64,000 nt of DNA from Octopus vulgaris (Eukaryota), in contig OX597817.1 in assembly GCA_951406725.2 (NCBI GenBank), positions 74,710,001 through 74,774,000 on the forward strand, written 5' to 3'. This document shows, one piece after another, positions 24,964 to 40,924 of the stretch. A program made the translations under genes and the position numbers. The notes beneath the pieces were generated by a model. The model was not told the origin of the DNA, ran no database searches, and saw only the letters and a list, made by a program, of their open reading frames with translations. Each line of letters begins with the position of its first letter. Within the stretch, counting starts at the first letter, position 1.

Positions 24964-26420
24964 TATGAATGTATATATATATGAGTATATGAATGTATAT
25001 ATATATGAGTATATGTATATATATATTTGTGAGTATATATATATATATATTTGTGTATATATGTATATATATATATGAGTATATGTATATATATATATAT
25101 GAGTATATGTATATATATATATATGAGTATATGTATATATATATGAGTATATGTATATATATATATATGAGTATATGTATATATATATGAGTATATGTAT
25201 ATATATATGAGTATATGTATATATATATGAGTATATATATATATATGAGTATATGTATATATATATGAGTATATGTATATATATATTTGTGTATATATGT
25301 ATATATACATATGTATGTATATATATATATGAGTATATGTGTGTATGTATATATGTGTGTGTGTATATAGGTTTATGTATATATATATGTGTATGTATAT
25401 ATAGGTTTATGTATATATATATGTGTATGTATATATAGGTATATGTATATATATGTGTATGTATATATAGGTATATGTATATATAGATGTATGTATATAT
25501 AGGTATATGTATATATAGATATATGTATATATATGTGTATGTATATATAACGTATGTTTATATGTATGCGTGTATGTATATATATATATGTATGTATATA
25601 TGCATATATATATATATTTACATATATGTGTATATATATATATTTACATATATGTGTATATATATATATTTACATATATGTGTATATATATATATTTACA
25701 TATATGTGTATATATATATATATTTACATATATGTGTATATATATATATTTACATATATGTGTATATATATATATATTTACATATATGTGTATATATATA
25801 TATTTACATATATGTGTATATATATATATTTACATATATGTGTATATATATATATTTACATATATGTGTATATATATATATATTTACATATATGTGTATA
25901 TATATATATTTACATATATGTGTATATATATATATTTACATATATGTGTATATATATATATATATTTACATATATGTGTATAAATGATTTATGTATATAT
26001 TTGTGTGTATATGTATAGATATCGTATGTGTATATATTTCCATTTGAACGTAATTGTAGCCGTGTGTTTGTAGATACACACACACACTCATGAATGTATA
26101 TAACACTGTTTACAGCGAACAGAAGGTTCGATTTCCTTAGGTGATTTGTCAACTTTTTCTGCCTTCTGTGTGTATATATATATATATATTTTTTTTTGTA
26201 CATATACACCTATTTGCACACGTAGTGTATGTACGTATATATGTATATACACGTTTGTATGCATGTTGTGTGCGTATATACACACATATATATATATATA
26301 TATATATTCATTGTGCCATTATGTATATGTGTGTATATTTTTGGTGTATGTGTATATATTTCTATGTGAATGTTATCATAATCGTGTACATGAGTGTGTG
26401 TATATATGTATTCTAATGAA
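23930..26420. repeat. 2.5-kb compound TA-rich micro/minisatellite
   Basis: Sub-arrays: (TATG/TATA)n, (TA)nTGAGTATATG at ~24980-25330 and (TA)nTTTACATATATGTG at ~25605-25980. Confidence 0.95.
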
Positions 26421-26491
26421 TGTTTATATCATACTGTTCACACTGAACAGGAGATTCGACCCCCTTAGCTGATGTTATATTTTTCTGTCTC

Positions 26492-26527
<36 letters not shown>

Positions 26528-26949
26528 GTGCGCGCACACACACGCGCCTGCTTGTGTGATTTGTGTATCATTGTTTTATTGCATGATATTGCCTTTCCAT
26601 GCTGGCATGGGTTGAACGGGTCATCATGATCAGATTTATCATATATTTGAAGTACTGCTCATCGACATGAATCAGAGGGGGTGGGGGAAATTCATCTCAT
26701 TAACGCTTCGCTTTCGGTTTGGTTTCTATGGCTAGATGCCCTTCCTAACACCGACCTCTTTTCAGTATACTGGGTACATCAACACTAGAAATGTGTAATG
26801 CCCTTGACAAGATTAAAGGGCTGTCATAACTTCAACTCTACAAGGTGTGCTACAATTGTTTCATTGTGACTCTGCCAGCACTAGAGAGGTAGACCTGTCC
26901 TTGACTTAACTGAAGAGACATATTCCAATATTTCGTGTGTATATGTCTG

Positions 26950-27190
26950 TGTATCTATCTACCTATCTATCTACCTATCTATCTACCTATCTATCTACCT
27001 ATCTATCTACCTATCTATCTACCTATCTATCTGCCTACCTATCTGCCTACCTCTCTTATTTATCTGTCTCTTATCTATCTGTCTCTTATCGATCTATCTC
27101 TTATCTATCTATGTCTTATCTGTCTGTTTTATCTGTCTATCTATCTTATCTATCTTATCTATCTATCTATCTATCTATCCATCTATCAAC
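26950..27190. repeat. (TATCTATCTACC)n / (TATC)n satellite
   Basis: Directly visible 12-bp periodicity decaying into TATC. Confidence 0.9.
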
Positions 27191-27199
27191 ATACATATA

Positions 27200-30375
<3,176 letters not shown>

Positions 30376-30559
30376 TTTGGTGTGTGTGTGTGTATACACA
30401 CACACACAAACATGCATACATATATTAATGTACAGGCGTATACATGTATATTAATATATGTATACTCTCTCACATACCTGCTTACCTCAGTATACTCACA
30501 TACATAATTATTTATATGTATACTTAGTCATTGCAGTTATATCTGACTGACAGAAGGTT

Positions 30560-31250
30560 GTGGTAAAATCAAACAGGTTTTAAGGAACCATCTGCTGCTT
30601 GATAACTAGTATCAAACTTCTTTGTTGTAGAGGGTATTGAAGTTTTCATGGATTTTCATGGCCTCCATCTCTGAAATTTCCTACTGCAAGATGTCCATGC
30701 ATGTAAGGCGATCCAAACTTCAGTGCCCTGCACTCTGAACCTTTCAGTGTTTATGCATTTGGGTTCCCACTTAATCCAGATCCCATCAGAAGGTCATGTC
30801 AAGAGGTAGTTCTTTTGTACATGAACAATATGCTGGCATTGCAGAAATTTAGAAGAGAGCTTAATTTCATTGAGAGAAAGCCTACTGTAAGTTGGAGTCA
30901 TCTGTCCTGGTGCTCTAGTGCTATTAGATTGATTTATGACTTTTACTGGTAGTTATGCAGGTATACATGGAGCATACATCCAAGATGGTGTAATTGTTAT
31001 CCACTTGTGACCCTTGGGGAAGTTGGAGAAGTTCTATAGTTGCTGATTGCTTTAAAGGTGTGTTGATATACATGAGGTGAGTAGTTTGAATAGCTACACA
31101 AAGAGCCTATCCATTTTCTTTGTAAGCTCTGTATAGGAATCATTGGGAGAGATGCTATCTGCTAGAGTCTAGGCAGCATTTTGTGAAACAAAAGTATGCT
31201 ACATGACAAGTATACAGACCACCTCTTGCTCTAGTCAGCTGGGTTGGAGG
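30560..31250 (-). mobile_element. Highly decayed Penelope-like reverse transcriptase fragment
   Basis: Minus-strand motifs in PLE order: LDVCSMYTCI (~30980; cf. FDVxSLYTxI), LLMGSGLSG (30766-30792; cf. GLPMGSPLS), RLTCMDIL (~30700; cf. RYVDDI); many stops and frameshifts. Confidence 0.5.
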
Positions 31251-33193
31251 TAGAGGCATAGCAGCAGACATTGAAAAAGAGAAAGATAGCATATATAGGG
31301 TTTATATCAGCCTTCCTCACTAAAGGGAACAGATGGAAAACTGACAAAGTTATGTAATGACATATAATCTACTAATTGGAATAACAAGATGTGCCTTTGT
31401 TATTCCACCAAACCAATGACCTGTCATTTAACCAGAACACCACACAAGGAACATACTCTTTTGGTCAATATCCAATCGGATCAGAGAATGAATCACCAAG
31501 CAGTATCCGGTCAATATGTTTAAAATAAGTCAGTTTGCCAATGCAGCGACATGTATAATCAGATCAACAAAACGGTGGTTGCACATTACAAAATATATGT
31601 ACAATTTTTGAAGACAAGAAAACATTGTGCAGTGTTTCAGAAGAGAGTATTGTGTTAAAGAACTGCAGCAGAAGCATTGCACAAGTGAAATCTCAAATTT
31701 AATATCTTTCAGCAATAAAGATATATACACCAGTGTATCCAACTCCATAATTTACAACTTATTCATGGGAATGAAGATAATGCTATCTGATGGAGAGTTA
31801 AAATCTCAAAAGCTTTTATTGTCAGTGGTTAAGTAATAGATCTTAAACCGAGAAGAAACCTTCTCTTCAACAGCTTTCTGATAATTCTTTATTGTTTTGT
31901 TATCCTATTATGCAGTCAGTTATGTGATTGCAATGACACACATTATGGTTTTAATGTCCACTTTTCCACACATGCATGGATCAAATGAAATTTGGTATGG
32001 TAGATGTTCTGTGGTTAGACACCCTCACCTGTATCCAAGCAAAGAAATGTTCCTCTATAGCCAGACATGTTTTTTGGAAATGAGTGACACAGTGTAAGAT
32101 GGTTACACTCTTTTGTAGCTATCATGCAGTGTCAAGACAAAGAGACACAAACACATACATGGCAGCCTTCTTTCAATTTCTGTCTACCAAAATCCACTCA
32201 TACAGCTTTGGAGTCTATAGTAGAAGACACTTGCCCAAGGTGCTGCACAACAGGACTGAACCAAAATCCACATAGTTGGGAAGCAAGCTTTTTAACTATA
32301 CATCCATTCCTGTGTGGTAAGAAATTTGCTTCACAGCCACATGGTTCTAGGTTTAGTCCCATTGCATAGCCCCTCGGGCAAATGTCTTCTATGACCTCGG
32401 GTTGACCAAAGCTTTGCGAATGGATTTGGTAGATAGAAACTAAAAGAAACCCATCACACGCACACACAATATAATATATGTATGTGTATTTGTGTCTGTG
32501 TTTATACCCCCACCAGTGCTTGACAAAAGTAGCAGGCTTAAAAAAGAAGTACTGAGGTTGATTCATTTGACTAAAATTCTTCAAAGTGGTGTCCCAGCAT
32601 TGCCAAAGATACATGTGTGTGAGCTTGTAAATCCCTTGTCTTCATTTGTGTTTACTTTTGTAAACAATCTTCACCCTACTGATAATGTTGTTTACTTGCA
32701 GATGACCAGGCCTTTTGACATGTCTTGACAGGTTGAACAATCTTTGTAAACACAAGGCTTATTCATATGGTGTCATTTGTTTCTAGTTCTCTGTATTAAA
32801 AAATCCAAGCTGTTTGTTGTGTAATAGACTAGGAGATTATTAACTAGTCTGGAAATAAGTGAGGGTTAGCATGCTTTAACAGAAGATTTCAAACAGACAG
32901 TACCACAGGACAGTGATGTCTGTTTACATTTAGCAAATAATGCCAAAGCAAGGTGACTGATCCCTGTGGCTATAGTAGAAGGCACTTGTGCTAGGTGATG
33001 CACAGTAGGGTTGAACCCAGTACCAAGTGATTGTGAAGCAGACTTCTTACCCACACAGCCATATCTTTTGGAAGCTGCTGAAAACTTCACAATATGGACC
33101 GATGACAGATAGCCAACAATGACATTAAATGATATCTATCTCTCACTAGATGATAAAGAACTTTTGTTGAGCAGACCTTAACAGGACAGTAAA

Positions 33194-33244
<51 letters not shown>

Positions 33245-35347
33245 TAAATAACATATTCATCTTCATATTCCACTTTTAGATACCCACTTAACCATCCATT
33301 CAAAGATCAGTCAAAATTTGTTGCAGTCTATCTAGAAACTCTGTCTGTATGTATGTATACATATATACAAATTGTGTTATGTGTAACAGAAGCATAAGAT
33401 TAAATTAGTCATCTGTGTATCATACTTAATGCTAATATGCAAATACATGAGCCAGAACTAAAGAGCAGACACTTGCACAAGGTGGTAAGCAGTGGGGGAC
33501 CAAATGAAAAATTATATGGCTGCAAAAAGAACTTATCCATATTGCCATTCTTGCATGCATGTGTGTCGGGGGGGGGGGGGGGAGCATGCCCCCCACCCCA
33601 CACATTATTTAACCTCTGTCAAAACTCCCCATTTTCCAACACCTGCTGCTAGTCCTGCCCTGCCCCTCCCCTCTACTCACTCTCGTGTGCCTATCTGCAC
33701 ACTTTCTGTGCCTTCTTATTCTTCCTTACCCCCCCCCCCCCACTCTCAGCCTCTCCAATTTCCCCTCACCATCACTTGCTACAGTCATGACTTCCCTATC
33801 TCAAGACATATCCCCTTCTATCTCCTGTGTACTACTTATATCCCCCACCACCAGTGTTCATTGTGGGCAGGCCCCAATACATCTCCAACACCATCTATTT
33901 CTCTTTCTTTCTCACTGTCTTTCTATCTTTTACTTTCTCTCCAACCTTCCTTCTCCTTCTTTGTCCTATCAGGGTGGCCAAGTATCTCCTCTTTAATAAG
34001 ACAACTATCCCTGCCCCTCTATCATACTCTAACCTCTCACCTGGCATACAGCCACTTCCCTTGGTTCCACTCTTTCTCTCAACTAATAGGGTTTTGTCTT
34101 GCAAGTTACTTGGCGACCTCACTGGTGCAGGTGTCACATAAAAAGCACCTGTTCTGGTGCCACTTAAAAAGCACCCAGTACACTCTGTAAAGTGGTTAGC
34201 ATGAAGGGTATCCAGCCATAGAAACCATGCCAAAACAAACAATTGCTAGCTCCTATGAAACCATTAAAATTGTGCCAGCATAGACAACAGACATTAAATG
34301 ATGATGACAATGACATATACATATATATAATAACTACGACACAGTTCCATATGACAAAGTTTTGTGGGCATGTAGGAAACATCCATCTCATCAGCATGGC
34401 CACAGCTTCTAGTGTGAAAGCAATAAAGGAATACACAGACAATTTTATTCTGTACACCTATTTATTGTTTTATTATTGATGGATTGGTAGAATAGTTAAA
34501 GTATCAGACAAAAAAGGCCTTGGAGCATTTGTTCCAGTTCTTTATATACTGAGTTCAAATCCCACCAAGATCAACTTTACCTGCCATCTCTCTGAGATCT
34601 ATAAAATACACCACTTGTCAAGTATTGGTATCGACTAACCCTGTACCTTCAAAATTGTTGGCTTTGTACCTACATTAGAAGCATTTTGACATCTCTTTGT
34701 CTCCCTTTTTAAATATTTTTACAAACAGCAGTCGCTTTAGGCTAACAAAATTTGATCTGACAGTTTCTTCAGCAACTAATCAGAACCAGTTACGATATTC
34801 AAATATTTTCATGTGTTGCATTATATACAGGTTTTCCTTGCTCTGTTGATTATAACCACTTGAAGTTCAGAAATAATATACTGTGGTTAGACATGCTCAC
34901 CTGTATCTGTGCCATGCAATGGGACTGAACCCAGAACCACGTGGTTGTGAAGCAAATTTCTTACCACACAGGCTTGGCTGCATGGTTAAAAAGCCTGCTT
35001 TCCAAACATGTGGATTTTGGTTCAGTCCTGCTGTGCAGCACCTTGGGCAAGTATCTTCTACTATAGCCTCCAAAGCTTTATAAGTAGATTTGGTCAACAG
35101 AAACTGAAAGAAGGCTACCACGTATGTATGAGTGTGTTTGTGTCTCCTTGTCTTGACATTGCATGATAGTTACAAAAGAGTGTAATCATCTTACACAAGA
35201 GTGTAATCAATCTTCCACAAAAACATGTCTGGCTATAGAGGAACATTTCTTTGCTTGGATACAGGTGAGGGTGTCTAACCACCGAAAATCTGCCACAGTA
35301 AATTATTACCAAACATTAAATAGCATTATATATATATATATACATGT

Positions 35348-35602
35348 GGAGGCATATGGCCTAGTGGTTAGAGCAGTGGACTCATGGTCAAGGGATCGCA
35401 GGTTCAAATCTCAGACCAGACGATGTGTGTGTTTATGAGCGAAACACCTAAGCTCCACGCAACTCCGGCAGAAGATAATGGTGAACTTTTGCTGACTCTT
35501 TCGCCACAACTTTCTCCCACTCTTTCCTCCTGCATCTTGCAGCTCACAGGAAACTGGGAAACCGGCTCTAATGAGCCAGGGATGGCTCGAGAAGAAACAA
35601 AC
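35348..35602 (+). mobile_element. SINE family A-related subfamily
   Basis: Same tRNA-like head (TGGCCTAGTGG...GGTTCAAATCTC) and GAGCGAAACACCTAAGCTCCACG body, different 3' end. Confidence 0.75.
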
Positions 35603-36111
35603 AATATATATATATGTATATATATATCATTCAATGTACTCTGTATTAAAATAAGAGCTACAAATAGTTTCATACCACAACTTGACAGGAGCTGGTGAGC
35701 CAGAAGACTGCACTAAGTTCCAGTATCTGCTTTGGTGTTTTCAATGGCTTGATGCCCTTCCTAATGCCAACCACTTTATAAAGTGTACTGGGTGCTTTTT
35801 ATGTAGCACATGTGAGGTCACCAAATAACTTGCAAAAGAAAACTCATCAATTTAGTGGGTGTTTAATATTGAGAGAGCTGGTTTTATGCCAGGTGAGCAG
35901 TTAAAGTATGATAGAGGGACTGGAACAAGTGTTGTATTGCAGAAGAGATACATTATTATTCTAGTTGGGAAAAAAAAAGATGGTAGCAAATATATGAGAA
36001 GTAGTACAGTGAATTGGATAGTATGAGTGGGTAAGTTTGCAAGAGTATGAAAGAAAAGTAGATGACTAAAGATAAGAATAGAGCTGAATGGTCAATGTGG
36101 GTAAAGGTGTG

Positions 36112-36371
36112 GTTTCCTCGCTCACCCAATGGAGAAGGGATCGGGCCGTTGTCGAGCGGTGGTTCATTATCTGGTGTGATACATGCGGTGCATGTTGAGC
36201 GCTGACGCAGCCGATGTGTGACCCTTAGTCGAGAATAATGTGGGTTGGAGAGTTTGATTGGGGCGGTATGTCTGTCAAACGGTAACGCAGGTGTCCCAAG
36301 GTGGTGGACGGAAACCACACATCGAGCAAAAGGGCAAAAGCTCGCTTGATCTCGATTTTCAGTACTAATAC
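36112..36371 (+). pseudogene. 28S rRNA fragment (non-functional copy)
   Basis: GGAGAGTTTGATTGGGGCGGTATGTCTGTCAAACGGTAACGCAGGTGTCCCAAGG...GAGCAAAAGGGCAAAAGCTCGCTTGATCTCGATTTTCAGTAC matches conserved eukaryotic LSU sequence, with substitutions and a small deletion. The preceding ~130 bp is probably the adjacent expansion segment; no other rDNA flanks it. Confidence 0.88.
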
Positions 36372-37219
36372 ATTCATCTTTTTGGGGGTGGGGAAACAAG
36401 GTATGGGTCAGGGAGGTAATAGATGGCAGCACAGAAGTTGTAAAATGTGTGATGGTGGAGTGCATGAGAGAGAGATGCACAGTGCTAGGGACGAGATCAG
36501 AGGTACATGAGAGTGGAAATAGTGAATGACAAAAAGTATTGGGGGTGGGTGTTGGCAGAGTGAGAAGGCATACAGGGAAAAGAGGGAGGTGAAAAGGGCA
36601 CTTTGTGGAAAATACAGTGGCAACGGATGATACTGAGAACATGGAAGACAAAAGAAATGATTTCAGGGAGGATGAGTGGCAGTGGGGGATGAAGAATGAG
36701 CAGTTCAACTCTTGTAATTCCAGTGGCTGAGTTGATAGTGCAGTAGTTAGAAGAGTGATGGAGGACGGTGGAGTGTTAGAAAGAGGAGTTGTAGGAGAGA
36801 TTTATCAGGGCAGATTGAATGAAAGGGCATAGACATATGTTTTTAGGGCTGCTTTATTTTGCTTTGATGAATGGATCTTCTCAAGCACAGCAAATCAGCA
36901 ATCATTTCAGTCTTTTCTGTTTCATTTGTTAGACTCAGCATCCTGATGTCCTTCTTCACTAGTTTGTCACATGTCTTCTTGGTTGTCTGTAAATTTTCTA
37001 CCTGAAGTTAACCTGTTTCCAAGCAAGATGATATTTCTCCATGGCCAGATGTGTTTTCTTTTACAGAAGACTGGGAATGAATAACCATACCTGTATGATG
37101 ATGCTTCTTTGCAACCACCAAATAGTGTTGAGACAAGTGTACACTAAATACACACACAAGTATGTGTGTGTGTGTGTGTATATTCATATATATATATATA
37201 TATATATATTAATATATAT

Positions 37220-37399
37220 GGCACGTAAAAAGCACCCACTACACTCACGGAGTGGTTGGCGTTAGGAAGGGCATCCAGCTGTAGAAACACTGCCAGATCA
37301 GACTGGGCCTTGTGCAGCTTTCTGGTTTCACAGACCCCAGTTGAACCATCCAACCCATGCTAGCATGGAAAGCGGACGCTAAATGATGATGATGATGAT
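37220..37399 (+). mobile_element. SINE family C copy abutting the mariner left end
   Basis: Near-identical reverse complement of 1318-1495; (GAT)n tail. Confidence 0.85.
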
Positions 37400-37405
37400 A
37401 TATAT

Positions 37406-38659
37406 ATGAAATGTCCGATTTTCTTATGCACCAAGTTTGACAGTTGTTAACTCTGATATTTTATCCTGACAATTCTTTGTTTTACAACATTGAAGAGTTA
37501 CATCACATTTCGAAATGCAATTCATGGTGTCTGATTATATTGTGAGTTTCTGCTTGTAAATCAATTTTTGTTAACTTATGGATAGATCAAAAATTTGTGT
37601 TGTTTATAAATATGAGTTCCATTGTGGAACCAATGCATTCCAGACAGCTTGAAACATCAATGAGGTGTTTGGTGAAAATGTGGCGAATGAGCGCACTGTA
37701 CGTCAATGGTTTGAGAAGTTCTGGTCTGGTGACTTTACTCTTGAAAATTAGCCCTGTGGTAGACCTGGGACCAAGGTGGATAATGATGAGCTGGAAACTG
37801 TAGTGGAAGTGGATACCTCTCAAACTATGTGTGGGTTAGCAGCAAAGTTTGATTTTTCGCTTCCAATTATATTGGGCCATCTAAAACAAATCAGCAAGGT
37901 AAAGAAGCTCAACAAGTGGGTATCATATGAACTGAACGAGTATCAAATGACACATCTTGAAACTTGCTGTTCTTTGCTGTCATGGCATAAAAGTGAACCG
38001 TTTTTGCATTGTATTGTTATGTGTGATGAAAAATGGATTCTTTTCAACAATAGCTACTGTTCTGCACTGTGGTTGGATAGAGATGAAGTGCCAAAACACA
38101 ATCCAAAAAAGAATATTCACTAACAGAAGCTAATGGTGTCTATTTAGTGGTCCAATGCTGGTGTCATCCACTACAGCTTCATGAGATTTGGTAAATCAGT
38201 TACAGCAGACATATACATCAACCAATTGGATGACATGATGAGTAAACTTGCAATTAAGCAACCAAGATTGGTCAATAGAGACAGGCCAATTCTCTTGCAA
38301 GACAATGCTCTACCACATGTTGCACAAAGAACATTGCTCAAGTTACAGGAACTAGACTTGGAAGTACTCTGTCATCTACCATATTCACCAACCGAGTATC
38401 ATGTTTTCCAGTCATTAAACAACATTTTGCAAGGAAAAAACTTTGAATCTGAAGATGATGCAATAACAGCCTTCCATGATTTCATCACCCCTTGCTCTCC
38501 AGAATTCTTCGCTGCTGGCATGAATAAGCTACTGATAAAATGGCAAAATTGTGTTGATAATTTAGGTGCATTCTTTGATTAACTGCAATGCTTTTTTTGA
38601 GATAAAGTAAAATAATCTTTCAGTTCAAAATGGGACATTTCATTCTTAGTGACCTGATA
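37406..38659 (+). mobile_element. Mariner (DD34D, Hsmar1/SETMAR-like) transposon, inactive
   Basis: Pseudo-ORF 37578-38582: MDRSKICVVYKYEF..TVRQWFEKF..KWVSYEL..CDEKW..LLQDNA..LPYSPTEYH (DLAP deleted), with several in-frame stops. Right TIR 38627-38657 plus TA; left TIR remnant ATGAAATGTCCGATTTT at 37406, truncated next to a SINE. Confidence 0.92.
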
Positions 38660-39654
38660 TAAAAGTGGATGGAACTCCTGGAAGAAGGTGACCCAGGAAG
38701 ACATGAGATGAAGTACTGAAGGATGACCTTTCAGACAAGATGACAATAGATTGAGATACCTGGCACCTTGCTGTACTCAAGAAAACCCATCCTCAACAGA
38801 AGTGTTAAATCCACATCCCCTGGTGAAGAGGATTTTCCTGTAAGAGTCCTGTGCTGGTGCCATATAAAAGCACTTGTGCCAGTGCCATGTTAAAACCACC
38901 CAGCACATACTGTAAAGTGGTTGGTGTTACGAAGGGCATCCAGCTGTACAAACCAAATCAAACTGACCTGATGCAGCTCTCTGACTTGCTAGCTTTGGTC
39001 AAACCGTCCAACACATGCCAGCATCAAAATTGGATATTAAAGGAGGATGTCTATGTATAAATGTATGTATATGTAAGTATATAAGTGTGTGTGTATGTTA
39101 TAAAAGATCCAAAGATCAAGGTGTAGGAAGAAAGTTAGCTTCAAGCAAGAGTAGTAAATATTAAAAACAATTTTCAGGGATAGTGGTTTATTGAGATGGA
39201 AGGTTATGGATTTTTTCATATCAAAGTATGATAAACTGAAAAGAGTTCTTTTTATATTTCACAGTAGGTGACCAGGGTTGCCTTCGAGAAGAGGAGATAG
39301 TCTCAAGAATCAAGAATTCTCTAAAATTGACATACTATTAAAAATGAGGGCAACAATGAGCATGTTTCTGCTCTGTGTATCTCCCCCCACCATTTGTGTA
39401 CATGTATGTGTGTATTTTTATGTATGTATATGTCATACCTGTATACATATATATAGGTATGTTGTGTATATGTGTGTACATATGTATTTATACATATGTT
39501 GATGAGCAATATCTATACATATTTAGATGTGAATGTGTGTGTGTATATGTATATGAATGCATATATGAAATGATCAGTATGACCAGTGGTGGTATGTGGT
39601 ATTTGAAGAGACTCATTTGTCATGATGAAACAGATTCCAGAATCATTATGTATG

Positions 39655-40924
39655 TACAAAGGCATACCCAAAGGAAACCAGAATTTTGCAATATTATTTT
39701 ATTCACTTAGTTTTTACATGTTCACACTTTTATCGCCTTCAAAGTATTCTCCACTTGAAGCAACGCATCAGTCCAGACATGTTTTTCATTGTTCAAAGCA
39801 GTCCTTGAAATCTTGCAAAGTGATGCTTCTTCCTCATCTGCAAAACATTTTCCTTTAAGGACACTTTTCATTCAGGGGAACAAAAAAAATAGTCACAGGC
39901 AGCAAGTTTGGATGAATAGGGAGGGTGGGTAAGCAGGGTCATGCCATATTTGGTCAAAACTCTCACACTCAAGGTGGTGTGCACAAGTGCATTGTCGTGA
40001 TGAAACCACCAGTCTCGATTTTGCCACAGGCCGGGGCATTTTCATCTTACTGCGTCTCACAAATGCTTCGGAACTGCCAAGTAACAGTTTGGCCTGGAGG
40101 AACAAATTGTGTGTAGAAAATTCCTTTTGCATCAATAAAACAAATCAGCATTGTCTTGACATTGGACTTCACTTGGTGTGCTTTTTTGGGTTGTAGTGAC
40201 ATCAAATGTTTCGATTGACTTGAATGCTGCTTTGTTTCTGGGTCATAGCCATAGCTGCAGCTTTCATCACCAGTGATGACCTTTGAAAAGAGGTCTAGAT
40301 CAACTTCCAACTGTTCTTTCAGTTCACGACATGCATTTAGTTGTGACTGCTTTTGATCTTCCATGAGCAAGCAAGGCACAAATTTTGCTGCAACTCTTTT
40401 CATTCACAATTCTTTGCTCAAAATTCGTTGGCAGGAGCTTCATATCAAAAAGTTTGTCATCTGTTCTGTGGCGATCCTCCAAGATCAGTTCATGAATTTT
40501 TGTGATATTTTCATTCATTTGGGAGGTCAAAGATTGCCCTGAATGATGTTGAGCTTCAAGCGACAAGTGACCATTCCTAAAGCATGAAAACCACTTGTAA
40601 ACTTGTGTTTTGCTCATGGCAATGTCCATGTAAGCTGTTTGAGGCTTGACAGCTGTTTCAGTCACCATTTTCCTTGGCAGAAAATAGAATTTCACAGAAG
40701 CTTGCTGTTCCTTTGTTTCAGCCATTGCAGAAATTGATGAACAGGGGAGAAGCACTGCAAAACAAAGATGCACCATGTAGCAGTATGACTTTATATGATG
40801 CCACCAGTCAGTAGATTGATGGCTGAGGGTTGCATTAAGTGGTTTGTAGCAGTAGAAGCCTGAACTACAACGGTCTTCTTCCACAGAGAATATTTCCAGT
40901 CACTTTTGAGTACCCACCCTTGTA
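39655..40924 (-). mobile_element. Second mariner family, inactive
   Basis: Pseudo-ORF ~40725-39714: MAETKEQQASVKF..TQVYKWF..AAKFVP..ITGDE..HHDNA..PPYSSKLAACDYFF..GEYFEGD, frameshifted. Diverged TIRs TACAAAGGCATACCCAAAGG and TACAAGGGTGGGTACTCAAAAG. Confidence 0.9.

Noticed and set aside
23924-26472. Long ORFs (up to 325 aa) rich in Y/I/H/T/M/C/V
   Set aside because: Translations of TA/TG microsatellite in all frames; no coding signal.
33492-36708. 232-aa (33492-34190) and 250-aa (35956-36708) ORFs
   Set aside because: Arise from pyrimidine-rich low-complexity repeat, SINE and antisense 28S sequence.
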